Part shown: positions 40,741 to 53,257 of the stretch, piece after piece
Layout: each line of letters opens with the position of its first letter
How positions within the stretch are numbered: the stretch's first letter is position 1
Assembly (NCBI RefSeq): GCF_001194135.2
Contig: NC_068981.1
Location: 146,691,102-146,755,101 of the forward strand
Direction of reading: 5' to 3'
Source of the DNA: Octopus bimaculoides
Lineage: Eukaryota
DNA: 64,000 bases
Notes under the pieces: model-generated
Databases searched by the model: none
Told to the model about the DNA's origin: nothing
Seen by the model: the letters and a program-made list of their open reading frames with translations, nothing else
Program-made: the position numbers and the translations under genes

Positions 40741-41295
40741 ATATTGTGAAGTATATTTGCCACCTAAATGTGGCTGACCCATATGGAGCGATGCTACTGT
40801 AGTTTATAGCCCCAGGAAGACATCTCCTCCAGCTGGCTATTGACACACTATCTGTGCCCTATCAGTATTTGCAGAAGGGAAATCATCGTTCCCATCTCTA
40901 ACCTGACATGATACACATGGACCCGGGTTTCTGAGTAGTAACCCATCATCAGCACGTGACAATCACCAGCTAGGGATGAGAAGTGATATCTCCAATGCAA
41001 ATATATATGCTTTTTCTGGTGACTTTTTGTCTCTGGAAAAAGTATAATATTGGAGATATCACTTCTCATCCCTAGCTGGTGATTGCCATGCACTGATGAC
41101 AGGTTACTACCCAGAAACCCAGGTCTATGTGTCAGGCTAGAGATAGGAACGACAATTTCCCTTTGCAAATACTGATAGGGCACAGACAGTGTGTCATTTG
41201 CCAGCTGGAGGAGATGTCTTCCTGGGGTTATAAACTACAGTAGCATCGCTCCATATGGGTCAGCACATTTAGGTGGCAAATATACTTCACGATGT
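40741..41295. mobile_element. Foldback element, about 250-bp arms with a 52-bp spacer
   Basis: 40741-40996 vs 41049-41295 are reverse complements, with long exact runs. Confidence 0.85.
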
Positions 41296-41680
41296 CATGC
41301 TGCTACTGTTTATATCTCACTCAGAGATTTATTATTGCTTGTTTATTTAGATATTGTTGTTTAGATAATAAAATAATAGAAATGCTGTAGCTAACCTTGC
41401 TTCATAATACATACACATATTTCATGATATATGATAATTATTATTGATGATGATGCTGGTGTTGGTGGTGGTGAGAATGATGATGACACAATGACAATAA
41501 CTGGTAGTTTTAGTGATAGAGATGATGGTGATGATGATGAGGAGGAGGAGGATGGAGAGGAGGAAGAGATCTTCCTTAGTATTATTATTATTATCAAAGA
41601 TGATAAAAGAAGAGAAAGTTATGAGGAAAAGCAAACAAATTCTTTAGTTTTTCAATATTTGCCTAATATTTAATACTTAC

Positions 41681-41911
41681 TGCCAGACAAAGGGATACTT
41701 GCAAAGATCACAGCAAATATAAAAAGACTACAAAGAAGATCAAGTCGAACTGACAACCATCTTGTAGTAGCAATGAAGAGAAACCAAGCCTCTGTATGAA
41801 TGTCTTGAAAATCATCAAAGTCTGTCAGAAATTGCTGTTGTGATTTAAAAGCTCTAATAGTGTTAAGCCCTTCAATAGATGAACTTATATGTGAGAAGAC
41901 TGGGCTGCGAG
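41681..41911 (-). CDS. ABCC4: ABCC4-like exon (ARSPVFSHISSSIEGLNTIRAF...EAWFLFIATTRWLSVRLD...)
   Basis: ttgcag/gtaag, 231 nt, phase 1/1. Confidence 0.95.
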
Positions 41912-43097
41912 CTGCAATACAAATAATGTAAAAGATATCATATACAAAAGTTTAAAGAGCAAAACTATTTATATGAGATTATGTTCATTTCTCGTTTTTT
42001 ATATATGTTATAGTGAAAGAAGAGAGGCTTGACTTTTGATACAGCTGACAAGGTCAGCAGAGAAGGATAGATGTTTAGATCACATAATATGAAGCTGTCT
42101 TATTATTCTAGGGAGGCCAACTTTTCATCATGATGACTTGCTTTTCTATTTTTAATACATTCTGGGAGATTCAAATGTGAGTATGCAAACTGCTGTTGAG
42201 TTTAGTTACAGGAGAACAACTCCTATTAGCTAAATATGTGTTCATGATACATTTGATTAATTAATGTAAGCCAGTGTTTCAACATCATTGTGTCTCATCA
42301 GTCAAAGATATCCCAGACTAATGAATCTAACAAGAGTTTGTGGCTCTTGTTTATAACTTCAGCAAACAAGTTATTTGCAGATACATAATGATGTCTGCCA
42401 ACTAATAATAAATCACCATATGCACTTATGAACAGAGATAATCAAAATGATGACTTATATATCTATTCATAATACATTTTGGTAAATTTAAATGTGTAAA
42501 ACACAATTCTTCATGTATTCCAGTTAGTTTAGATACCAAAATAGGTGAACAGAGAGCATGTGTCAATGTGTCTGGAAAAACATTGCCCTTACCAGGATGA
42601 TAATTTATGGTGTAAAAAAAAAAAAAGACACACGCATATAGACATATACATACATATGTAATTATGTACATACACATGTATGTATGTACGTGTGTATGTA
42701 TATGTATGTGTCTATATATGTATGTCTTTGTCCCCACCACTGCTTGACAACCGGTGTTGGTGTGTTTACATTCCTGTAACTTAGTGGTTCAGTAAAAGAA
42801 CCTGATGGAATAAGTACTAGGCTGTAGAAAAAAGTAAGTCCTAGGTTCAGTTTGTTCAACTAAAACCTTTCAAGGCAGTGTCCCAGCATGGCCACAGTCA
42901 AATGACTCAAACAAGTAATAGATAAAATAAGCATTATATTTGACTAAATAATCTGAATGACAAAGGGTTAAGCAACAATTTGTGCAACTGAATCAATGGA
43001 ACAACCTATCTTTTGGTGATTAATGCAATGAACAGATTCAGTGGTGGTGGAAGAGAAAACATAAATAGGAGAGAATTTGAAGTAAGATTAACCTTAC

Positions 43098-43248
43098 CTA
43101 CAGTTTCTAGTCTTTTAAGACTTCTTGATGTTTGAATATAGTATTGTCTTACAAAAACAAAAAGCACTAATATGATAAAGGCTGCTATGAAAATATATGG
43201 ATTGGTCGATCCGGTCACAAATATAACACTCAATGTCAAGAAAAAACA
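43098..43248 (-). CDS. ABCC4: ABCC4-like exon (CFFLTLSVIF...YYIQTSRSLKRLETV)
   Basis: ttacag/gtaag, 151 nt, phase 0/1. Confidence 0.94.
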
Positions 43249-43329
43249 CTGTAAAGAGACAGGGAAAAAAACAAAAACAAAATAGAATTTGATTAACCAA
43301 GAATCGATATTAGCAGAAAAGAATTTATC

Positions 43330-43780
43330 AGAAAGATAAATGGCAATTTGGTGATTTGCTGTGCTTGAGAAGACACATCAAGCTGAATGAAATTGTAGTC
43401 ATGGCCAGTGCTGGTGACAAGTGAAAAGCACCCATGCCAGGGATATGTAAGAGGCACTTGTACTGATGACATGTAAAAAGCACCTGTGCCAGTGACATGT
43501 AAAAGGCTCCCATGCTTGTGACATGCAAGTGGTACCCGTGCCAGTGATACATAAAAGGCTCCTGTTCTGGTGACACGTAAAAGCACTTGTGCCACTGACA
43601 CCTAACAGACACACAGTACACTCTGTAGACTGGTTGACATTAGGAAAGGCATCCAGCTGTAGAAATCAAACCAAAGCAGACTGGAGCCTGATGCAGCCAG
43701 CTCTTTGGCTTACCAGCTCCAGTCAAACCATCTAACCCATGCCAGCATGGAAAACGGATGCTAAATGATGATGATAATGA
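43330..43780 (+). mobile_element. RTE-tail repeat with an expanded GTGCCAGTGACATGTAAAAAGCACC-like array
   Basis: About 8 degenerate modules followed by the family C end. Confidence 0.7.
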
Positions 43781-43858
43781 TGCTAAAATATTCAATGTGC
43801 ACCTGTTTTACTCTATTTTTATGCAACATGCAAAACTAAGGAGCAAATAATAGAATAC

Positions 43859-43938
43859 CTGTAGGAAGTCTACAATACTACTTGGTAGAATATCATCAAT
43901 GAGACCTATGTCTTTGGAAAAGCGATTTAGAACACGAC
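43859..43938 (-). CDS. ABCC4: ABCC4-like exon (RVLNRFSKDIGLIDDILPSSIVDFLQ)
   Basis: ttctag/gtatt, 80 nt, phase 1/0. Confidence 0.95.
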
Positions 43939-44008
43939 CTAGAAAAAGAAAAAGGAAAATGGCAGCATTATCATTTATAGGTTTAGTCTTTCAGTGTGGT
44001 TCTTAACA

Positions 44009-44134
44009 TATGGTTTGACCATTAAAGTGTGTATTTTGATCACTAAAGGTTATAGTTTGATTTCTAAAATATATGGCCTGATCACTAAGGTGTATGGTTT
44101 GATCACTGAAGTCTATGGCTTGGTCATCATAGTG
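44009..44134. repeat. 21-bp minisatellite, 6 units
   Basis: Consensus close to TATGGTTTGATCACTAAAGTG. Confidence 0.85.
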
Positions 44135-44471
44135 TCTATTGTGTGTGTGTGTGTGTGTATGTACATATGTATATATGTATCTTTTGACAATGTTCATCAG
44201 CAATAAAACCAGTAAACTGGTACAAAAATCATTTGTGATATTTGTTCGGTTCAAATTGCACAGAAAAGCACACATTACTCTTGCCATTCTAAAAGCAGTG
44301 AACCAGTGATGACCTATTGGAAACATGTAACTACTGTGACAAAATATAAAATATAAAAATATATATGACAAGCCATATCACTACAATATAAAATAGATAC
44401 ATACATATATACATACATACATACACAAATATACAAGCACATGCACACACGCATGTAACAAGGTCTTAGAA

Positions 44472-44771
44472 CAGTGGTTCCCAAACTTTTTGGAGCTGCT
44501 CCCCACTTGACACCCAAGCCACATTCCTAACACCCCCACCCCAACTAATCATCACACAGACCTTTCTGAAGCAAATTCAATTTTTATTTTCACAAATAAA
44601 AATTAACCTAATGAACCCATTATATTGTTGTTTTTACATAAATCGATACCTCATTATCACCCCACTTTTTACATGAATCAGTACCCCATTATCGCACCAC
44701 TTTTCTTCAATGCCCCCTTGGAACTTTCCATTGCTCCCTGGGGGCAATACCACTCACTTTGGGAACCATTG
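44472..44771. mobile_element. hAT MITE
   Basis: TIRs CAGTGGTTCCCAAA / TTTGGGAACCATTG; TSD TCTTAGAA / TCTTAGAC. Confidence 0.85.
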
Positions 44772-45099
44772 TCTTAGACAGACAAATACAGCCTCCATAA
44801 CAGACTGAAAAAGTTACAAAAGAGCTTTGAGACAAAAAAAAAAAAACACAATGTACAGTTTAACGAAGTTAAATAAACAAATCAATTAGTTAGTTGGATA
44901 TATAATCAATTGACTAATAAAAAAGATGTGGATCTAAACCAGTGCATGTATTAATAATATTGGCATAATGTCTCTGCTGAGACACAACAAAATTTGTTTC
45001 AACACAAGAATTCCCATAAAGACTCTTGTAAACCAGACACAAAAATGAATTTAAAAAAAAAAATTAAATAAATGAAATAGAAGTATAGAAATCTCTTAC

Positions 45100-45374
45100 C
45101 AACAGGGTTTTCATCAAAAAAGGCTATTTTAGCACGCATTAAGCTGTCATACATAGAATTATGTAGTGTTACTGAAGATTGAATGCAGCTCCAATAGAAC
45201 ATGAAAGCTTTCAAGAGACTAAATAGAAATATTCCTAAAGTGAGTGCTGAATAAATGTAAAGGTTTTGTTTAAAATCAATTGTTACAATTGTAACATTTG
45301 TATTATTATAACCATCGTCTAACAGTTTGTTGTGCTCTTGTAAAGCAACGTAGCGTAGTTGTTCCTTGTTGGAC
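45100..45374 (-). CDS. ABCC4: ABCC4-like exon, TMD2 (SNKEQ...NNTNVT...LHNSMYDSLMRAKIAFFDENPVG)
   Basis: ttccag/gtaag, 275 nt, phase 2/1. Confidence 0.93.
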
Positions 45375-46164
45375 CTGGAAAGAAGAGAACAACAGAAGTT
45401 AATATAGAATCATCATTATTGTTAATCTGTAACATGATAAAAGGCTTCATATTTAGTGGGAAGGGAAGAAGATCAACAAGGGAGTCTCTACAAGGTCAAT
45501 ATATCTGCTTGAAATATCAGCCGAACACCTCTGAAACCATATTATCATTTCAAGGAAGGAAAGACACATTACATAATGTAGTTTTAGACAGCCTTATACA
45601 CAGACAAAAATGATCACAGCCAGAATCCCTTTTCTTGTGTTATAGTGAACCCAGAGCTAAGCAACAATAACAACAACATCATCATTACGAATGAACCAAC
45701 AGAAAAATCTTTGTTTAGTTGCTTGACCAGCAAGAATTAACAGTCACATTACCTTCAAACTACCTTCTTACCATCTTTAAAAAAGGGAGAATACTTTCAA
45801 TGAAAATACAATGGGACTGCTATGGGTGCAATACTTTAGTCTTGGTCATAGGTCTACTCCAAAAAAGATGAAACAGTGATAAACACTAGTAGTTACTACC
45901 ATCATTATCATTACAAGTTACATGTAATGATATATATATATATATTTGAAGGCAGTGAACTGACAGAAACGTCAGCATGCTGGGTAAAATACTTAGTGGC
46001 ATTTTGTCTGTCTTTATGTTCTGAGTTCAACTTCCACCAAGGTCAACTTTGCCTTTCATCCTTTCGGGGTTAATAAATTAAGTACCAGTTGTGTACAGGG
46101 GTCATCCCCAAAAATTTTGGACCTTGTGCCTAGAGTAGAAAAGAAGATATATATACATATATTT

Positions 46165-47680
46165 GAAAAAATGAAGAAAAGCCATTTCTATTCGTTTTTT
46201 CAGATACTAGGGATAGATGAGTGGTTGGTGAGAGCCATACAAGCATGTACTGGGATGCTGTCGGTAAGGTGAGGGTTGGCAATGAGTATAATAAAGAATT
46301 CCAGGTAGAAGTAGGGTTTTACCAAGGATCAGTCTTCAGGCTCCTCTAATTCATCATAGCCCTCCTGGCAATAACAAAGGGATTCAAAACAGGCTGCCCC
46401 TGGAAGTACCCTATGCTGATGAAATTGCTCTAATAGTTGAGTCACTACCAGAACTAGAGGAGAAAGTTCAGGTGTGGAAGCAAAGTCTAGAATCAAAGGG
46501 CTTTTGAGTCAATCTAGCAAAGCCCAGCCTCAGTAAGTAGGAAGGCAGACAAATCACATATCCCTTCAGGTAGATGGCTCTGCTTGATCTGTAGAAAAGG
46601 CGTAGCTAGAAACTCCATACGATGTACCCAGTGTAAGCTATGAACACATAAGAGGTGCAGCAATATCAAAGAAAGGTTAATTGAGAAGACAGTTTTTGTG
46701 TGTAGCAGATGCACAGAGGCAATAAACACCGAAGAAGTACAGAAAACAGATTCCATCACAGGCCAGGGGGAAAAACTAGAAGTAGTTGATATCTTCCAGT
46801 ACCTAGGTGACCAAGTCAGTAGCAGGGGTGGATGCTCTCAGAGTGTAGCTGCAAGAATAGCCTGAGCAAAGTTCAGAGAGCTTCTACCTCTGCTGGTAAC
46901 AAAGGTCCTCTCACTCAGAGTGAAAGGTAGACTGTATGATGCATGTGTGTGAACAGCCATGCTACATAGCAGTGAAACATGGGCTGTGACTGCTGAGGAC
47001 ATGTGTAGGCTTGAAAGGAATGATACTAGTATGCTCCGCTGGATGTGTAATGTCAGTGAGCTTACACTACAAAGTGTAAGCACCCTGAAAGAAAAGTTGG
47101 ACATAAGAAGCATCAGATGTGGCATGCAAGAGAGATGACTGTGCTGGTATGGTTATGTGTTGTGTATGGATGAGGACAGCTGTGTGAAGAAGTGTCACAC
47201 CCTAACAGTGGAGGGAACCTGTGGAAGAGGTAAGCCCAGGAAAACCTGGGATGAGGTGGTGAAGCACGACCTTTGAACTTTGGGCCTCACAGAGGCAATG
47301 ACAAGTGACTGAGACCTTTGGAGATATGCTGTACTTGAGAAGACCTGGCAAGCCAAATGAGATCATAGCTGTGACTGTTGCCAGTGTCGCATGATCAGCC
47401 TGTTTAAAAGTACCCTTCAATTGTCCAGCAATATGCTGTGCATCAGAAGACCTGTTGAGTCAAGTGAAATCATTGTCAGGGCTGTTGCCAGTACCACCTG
47501 ACTGGCCTCCGTGCTAGTGGCACTCTCGGAATGGTTGGGGTTAGGAAGGGCATCCAGCTGTAGAAACCTTGCCAGAATGGATTGGAGCCCCTGATGCAGC
47601 CTCCTGACTTGCCAGTCCTCAGTGAAACCGTCCAACCCATGCCAGCATGGAAAGTTAAATGATGATGATGATGATGATGT
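46165..47680 (+). mobile_element. 5'-truncated RTE LINE with (GAT)n tail
   Basis: RT C-terminal half (TATGCTGATGAA = YADE; AKFRELLPLL), colinear with 20195-21750. Confidence 0.88.
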
Positions 47681-48282
47681 GCACCACAATAAGGTTACTC
47701 CAACAATAGTGATAAGTTTATACCAGTACTAGCAAGACCACATAATCAATTAAGACATTGTAAAATGAGCCAACACAAGACTACTGAAATTACTGAAGAA
47801 CTAAGATTAAAACAGGTCACATACTCTGTCTACCAGAACAACACCATTCTAAAACAGCTTTCAAAGGGACACTACAAAAGGGAAAAAGAAAAAAAGGCTG
47901 AAAATTACATGGTGTATCACATGGCTCAATACAGAGAAAATCACAGCCAACAGAAACCAGAGATATCAACTTGTTGCCCAACATGCTCAATGAAAAACAC
48001 AGATATTAATAGTTCATAGGCTTGGGAACAGTGGGTGCAAGCACACACCCTAAAATTGTTGGTGGGCAATGAATATGCTTTGAACATCCTCCTGAAAAAC
48101 TGGGTTTGCATCCCCTAAGTAAATTTCATTCCCACATTTATGTGATAGTCTGTGCAATGCTTCACTCAGTCCTCAGTAACCTTGATTTAGGTGTCTATAC
48201 AGTACAATCAATTGTTGACTCAACTCAATATTTCCAAGCAAAAATCAAGCTAAACAGGTAGGAAGAAACATAATAAAGAATG

Positions 48283-48700
48283 ATGCGTAGGAGTGGCTGT
48301 GTGGTAAGTAGCTTGGTTGCCAACCACATGGTTCCGGGTTCAGTCCCACTGCGTGGCACCTTGGGCAAGTGTCTTCTACTATAGCCTCGGGCTGACCAAA
48401 GCCTTGTGAGTGGATTTGGTAGACGGAAACTGAAAGAAGCCTGTCGTATATATATGTATATGTATATATATGTGTGTGTGGGTGTTTGTGTGTCTGTGTT
48501 TGTCCCCCCAACATCGCTTGACAACCGATGCTGGTGTGTTTACGTCCCCATAACTTAGCGGTTCAGCAAAAGAGATCGATAGAATAAGTACTAGGCTTCC
48601 AAAGAATAAGTCCTGGGGTTGATTTGCTCGACTAAAGGCAGTGCTCCAGCATGGCCGCAGTCAAATTACTGAAACAATTAAAAGAATAAAAAAGAGTATA
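48283..48700 (+). mobile_element. Young full-length SINE family A
   Basis: Complete head-to-tail copy ending about 18 nt from an ABCC4 donor site. Confidence 0.9.
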
Positions 48701-48718
48701 TGAATAGAAATATCTTAC

Positions 48719-48894
48719 CACATGGCTATCCAAAAATCTGTGGCAACACAGAATAGAACTGAGAGGATGAATGCAATAAAAGTAAATAGCCCAAAGATAA
48801 GATGTGCGCCAGCTTTTAGATATTCATAATAAACATTAAATTTGACATGTCCAGTTTCAGATGCTTCTGCCTTGATTTGTACAGGCTCAGGCTC
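48719..48894 (-). CDS. ABCC4: ABCC4-like exon, start of TMD2 (EPEPVQIKAEASETGHVKFNVYYEYLKAGAH...DFWIAMW)
   Basis: cattag/gtaag, 176 nt, phase 0/2. Confidence 0.93.
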
Positions 48895-49134
48895 CTAATG
48901 AAGGTAAAATATAAAACATTTTATTTATTCACTTTTATAGTTTTTAATGATAATTAAAAAATAGATGAAAGTATTTGACACGAAGAAGAAGTATATAAAC
49001 ATTGTCTAGTGGTTAGGGTGTTGCACTGATGATAGTAAAATCATGGTTTCACTTATAAAATATAATGAACTTATTGTATACAATGCTCAGATGCACTGTT
49101 CAAAACTACCTGGATAGTTTGAGGAAAGGTTGTA

Positions 49135-49305
49135 TATCATCATCATCATCATCATCATCGTTTAACGTCTGCTTTCCATGCTAGCATGGGTTGGACGACT
49201 TGACTGAGGACTGGTGAAACCGGATGGCAACACCAGGCTCCAATCTAAATTTGGCAGAGTTTCTACAGCTGGATGCCCTTCCTAACGCCAACCACTCAGA
49301 GAGGT
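49135..49305 (-). mobile_element. RTE-tail repeat (family C); similar minus-strand copies at 50165-50530, 52200-52520, 57035-57410 and 58595-58890
   Basis: (CAT)nCGTTTAACGTCCGCTTTCCATGCTAGCATGGGTTGG. Confidence 0.85.
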
Positions 49306-49731
49306 TTGAGAAAATCTGAGATGACTATACTAAGTGTGTAGAAAACTCTAATGTAATCTGAGATGACCATGCTTTGTGTATAGAAAGTTCAAGTATAGTC
49401 TAAGAAAACCTATGCGACACCCATGTATATATGCAGTCAGAAAGAATCTATGAGTTTTCTGTACAAAATGTGTACAAGCTTGTATATAGTCTGAGAGTAT
49501 CTATGAGATTACAAAGCTAATGTAGAAAGCTCATATATAGTGTGAGAGAATCTATAATATGGCCATTCTAAGGTGTTTTTGAGTCAGTGTAGATTTGAAG
49601 TGAGAGCAGTTCATCATTTTATTTGAAAGCTTATCAATAATTCATCATACAGAGCGCATCTTATATAAACTTAATTTGTCACAAATTCTCTTTTTATATA
49701 CCTCCAAACTACATAACTTAATGTGTTTACT

Positions 49732-49909
49732 CGGCATCTTGGGGTTGGTAGCCTGCGCTCTTAACCACTAGGCCATATGCTCGTGGGCAATTATGGAGTG
49801 AATTTTAGGGCTTATAAATCTAATATTCTCCTATCCTTCCTTAATACCAAGTTCGATTCCAGGCAGTGACCTTAATAATAATAATAATAATAACATAAAA
49901 AAAAAAAAA
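49732..49909. mobile_element. tRNA-module element copy with inverted 5' part and poly(A) end
   Basis: Perfect 14-bp TSD TTAATGTGTTTACT at 49718-49731 and 49910-49923. Confidence 0.8.
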
Positions 49910-51275
49910 TTAATGTGTTTACTTCATGATTTACGCGTTAACACTTCAGCAAATTATAGAAAAGCTAGATTTCATTAAAGCTCCTTCAAAACCAAAGATG
50001 AAGTGCATCCAGTGTTGTCTCTTACACTTACCAATAAAAATTTTACTTAAGAAGAAATATAATAATATTATTAAGCTTTTACCACATGTGTAAGCATAAT
50101 TTAGCTCTTATAATATTTTAATCATTAATTATACTTTCACCTACTTAACTGACCAATTTATCGTCATCATCATCATCAGCGTTTAACATCCGCTTTCCAT
50201 GCTAGCATGGGTTGGATGATTTGACTGAGGACTGGTGATCCAGATGGCTACACCAGGCTCCAGTCTGATTTGGCAGAGTTTCTACAGCTGGATGCCCTTC
50301 CTAACGCTAACCACTCCGAGAGTGTGGTGGGTGCTTTTATGTGCCACCAGCACGAAGGCCAGTCAGGTGGTACTGGCAACGGCCACGCTCAAAATGGTGT
50401 ATTTTATGTGCCACCTGCACAGGAGCCAGTCCAGTGGCACTGGCAACGAACTCATTCAAATGACTTTTCAAGTGCCAGGAAGGCAACACTGGTAACGATC
50501 ACACTCGAACAGTGGTGCCATCACAATTTCGCTTGTAGATTAATATCTAATTTGTTAGTATATTTCTTGTATGAGTGGGAAGTGAAAGTTATTACATAAT
50601 CATAGTAATTTGTTTGGATGTTTCATGAGTGGTGATAGTTGTATTTGTCTCACCAAATACTTCAGTTTTTTTCACTCTCCCTCTCCCTCACACACAACAC
50701 CACCAATATCAATATATCCTGATCGTTGACAATATGTTAAAGTGTATTATTATTCCTAAAAACTATCATCCTATTATCCAACATCTCTAAGGTCATGGAG
50801 ACAGCCATTAAAAAAACAACCTTCTCCGTCACCTTGAATATTTCTACAAACTAGAATCTGCTGAAGAACTACTTTCCTATGCCACTCATCAGTAGGGCTC
50901 GTGTACTTAAGAAATTTGGTGAAAACAGTGCTGTTGTTTTTAGCAGCAGTAGTAACAACAATAAATCATACACAAAATAAAATATGTCAAGTAAATAACC
51001 CAATTCCTCACATAGCCTAGTCATGGATAACACACAACTAAATTCTTCACAATTACTACAAAAAAAAATTAGATCTCACAATCTCTAATAATCTCTTATA
51101 GCAACCCCACATATATAAAACATAACTATATTACAAAGATCAGAGTCTTTGTAATTTCCCAAATATTTCAGCTTTGAAATAATTCCTAACTCTTTACAAA
51201 GTTGTAACGGTTATAAGATTGATTGATTGAGATAATTTTTTATAAGATAATATCTATTTTTGCCGTTACATTCTA

Positions 51276-51740
51276 TGTTGCCATACCACGATGGGTAGGC
51301 CAGTGTAATAGTATATAAAACATGCAAGGTTAAGGATTTAGGCCTGTATCTGTATGTTCCTTCTTTTATAGCAGTAATTGTATAGAGAGAGATGGTAGGG
51401 TTATAGAGAAAAGGAATTACTAGTTCGTATGCCTGCTTGTGTCCATGGTTTCAGATGTCCAGTCGCCACCGACCAGCGACCAAGCTGGTGACTAAAGAGA
51501 GAAAGAGGAAGTTTTCTTGGAGTGTCCTGTTTTTATAGCCATGAAGCAGGGCAGTGAGTGCAAAGGATTTAGCTTGTTTACCTCAATTCTAGATGGAGCA
51601 GAAGAGGTCAGAAAAAGATCAAGTGGTGGAGACCGCTTCGGCCTAGCTATTCAAATATGGGTAAAGTGGATCGAATCCACTTCACGCCTGCCAGGTTCCT
51701 ATAAAGTCATATGTATAAGACAATGCTGCTGCTATACACA
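51276..51740 (-). mobile_element. Candidate solo LTR
   Basis: TGT...ACA ends, minus-strand TATAAAAA, retains CpG; no convincing TSD. Confidence 0.3.
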
Positions 51741-52678
51741 AATATTCTAGCTCTTATCCAAAAACAATTTTGTTAATTGCTAAAAATTCAATCAGCAGTT
51801 TCACATACTATTTTACAAATCTGCTGTTTCTGCACTATGTAACTAAAATGGCTCTGCTTCCCTAAATTAGTCAACTGCATACTTTGTCCACGTGGGCCCT
51901 CTTGCTTAACTTTCTTCTCATCCTTACTGTATTTCACATCCTGAAACTCACTAAACACTTTCTTTCCAGAATTGTAACACACCCTCTGGAATTTACTACT
52001 AACTCACATTTTATCTGCAGGCATGCAATCATTTGGACGAGGTCTCTGATCTGAATTTAACCCAATATTTTGCAATAACCTGAGTTGTGGTTTCTTACTT
52101 ATTTCTCTCTCAAGAGTTTTGAAAATTCTTCAAAAATGCCATGGATACTGTCCTTCCTCTCGACTAAATTATAAAAAAAAATCTTATAATTCTGTTTTAA
52201 TCATCATCATCATCATCATCATCGTTTAACGTCCATTTTCCATGCTGGCATGGGTTGAACGGTTTGACTGAGGTCTGGAAAGTCAGCAGCTGCACCAGGC
52301 TCCAATCTGAACTGGCAATTTTTCTACAGCTGGATGCCCTCCGAGAGTGTAGTAGGTGCTTTTTATGTGCCATCAACATGGGGTCCAGTCAGGTGGCACT
52401 GGCATCAACCACACTCAAATGGTGCTTTTTACGTGTCACCGGCACAGGAGCCAGTCAGGCGGACCTGGCATTGAACATGTTCAGATGGTACTTTTTATGT
52501 GCCACCAGCATGGGAGCCAATCCTCTCGTTTTGGTTTAACATGCTATCAATTCTTGGTATTCATAAAACATCAGCTGCATTTGATCCACAAATGTCATTA
52601 GCACTGCTTCTACTCATTTTAACATTTTATCTAAGGAATCAATAGAACATTAAATCAATATCAGAAATTGATAGAACC

Positions 52679-52901
52679 TTAATCTTTGTTGTTACCATAT
52701 TTCTGCTGAAATTCAATGCCTTTGTCTCAATTTTGAAAATAATGGAGAATTTGTTAAAATAACTTCATCATTAAGCTGGTGTTTGGACCATAAACAAAAA
52801 TGAAATTTTGATAGAAAGCTTGAATTTAGATCACTTTAAATAAGAAGTTTCTATCATAGACCCAGAAGCAGTCTCAGGTGTGGTGGTATCAAAAGGATTA
52901 A
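52679..52901. mobile_element. piggyBac-type MITE, diverged
   Basis: TTAATCTTT...AAAAGGATTAA; interior similar to 37371-37596. Confidence 0.5.
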
Positions 52902-53173
52902 GATAATAATGGGAATGGGTAGAAGATTAAAACAATAACAAGAATTAATAGCAAGTTAAACAAAAATAATAGGAATTGATAGAACATTAATCAGAATTAT
53001 GAAATATTAAAAAAAATTTAGTCAAGATAGGAAGGGTAGTATCCATGGCATTTTTCAAAACATGTGAGAGAAAAATAGGTAAGAAACTACAACTCAGTTC
53101 TATATTTAAAAGATGAGGAATTATGTACATTATTTACAATTGACGGATATTTGTCTTCATCTTGTTTGTTGTT

Positions 53174-53219
53174 AACACAACGTTTCGGCTGATATATCCT
53201 CCAGCCTTCATCAGGTGTC
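53174..53219 (-). ncRNA. Minimal type I hammerhead ribozyme, intact core, sense to the ABCC4 pre-mRNA
   Basis: GACAC-CUGAUGA-A-GGCUG(GAGGAUAUAU)CAGCC-GAA-ACGU-U-GUGUU. Confidence 0.7.
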
Positions 53220-53257
53220 TTGGGGAAATTTCGAACCCAGGTTCAAAATTTCCACAA

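Noticed and set aside
41431-41673. Acidic D/E-rich ORF
   Set aside because: Product of compound GAT/GGT/GAG trinucleotide repeats on the antisense strand of an intron.
43330-43620. Regularly spaced short repeats resembling a CRISPR array
   Set aside because: Eukaryotic context, no unique spacers; these are tandem modules of the RTE-tail repeat.
44130-44313. Minus-strand cryptic exon (acceptor TTCCAATAG|GTCATC, ORF GHHWFTAFRM..) between two ABCC4 exons
   Set aside because: No ABCC similarity, and no donor keeps the frame; the true phase-1 exon is 43859-43938.
51788-51982. 64-aa ORF as an extra ABCC4 linker exon
   Set aside because: The flanking exons already join in phase 0 with a normal linker; no good splice sites or homology.
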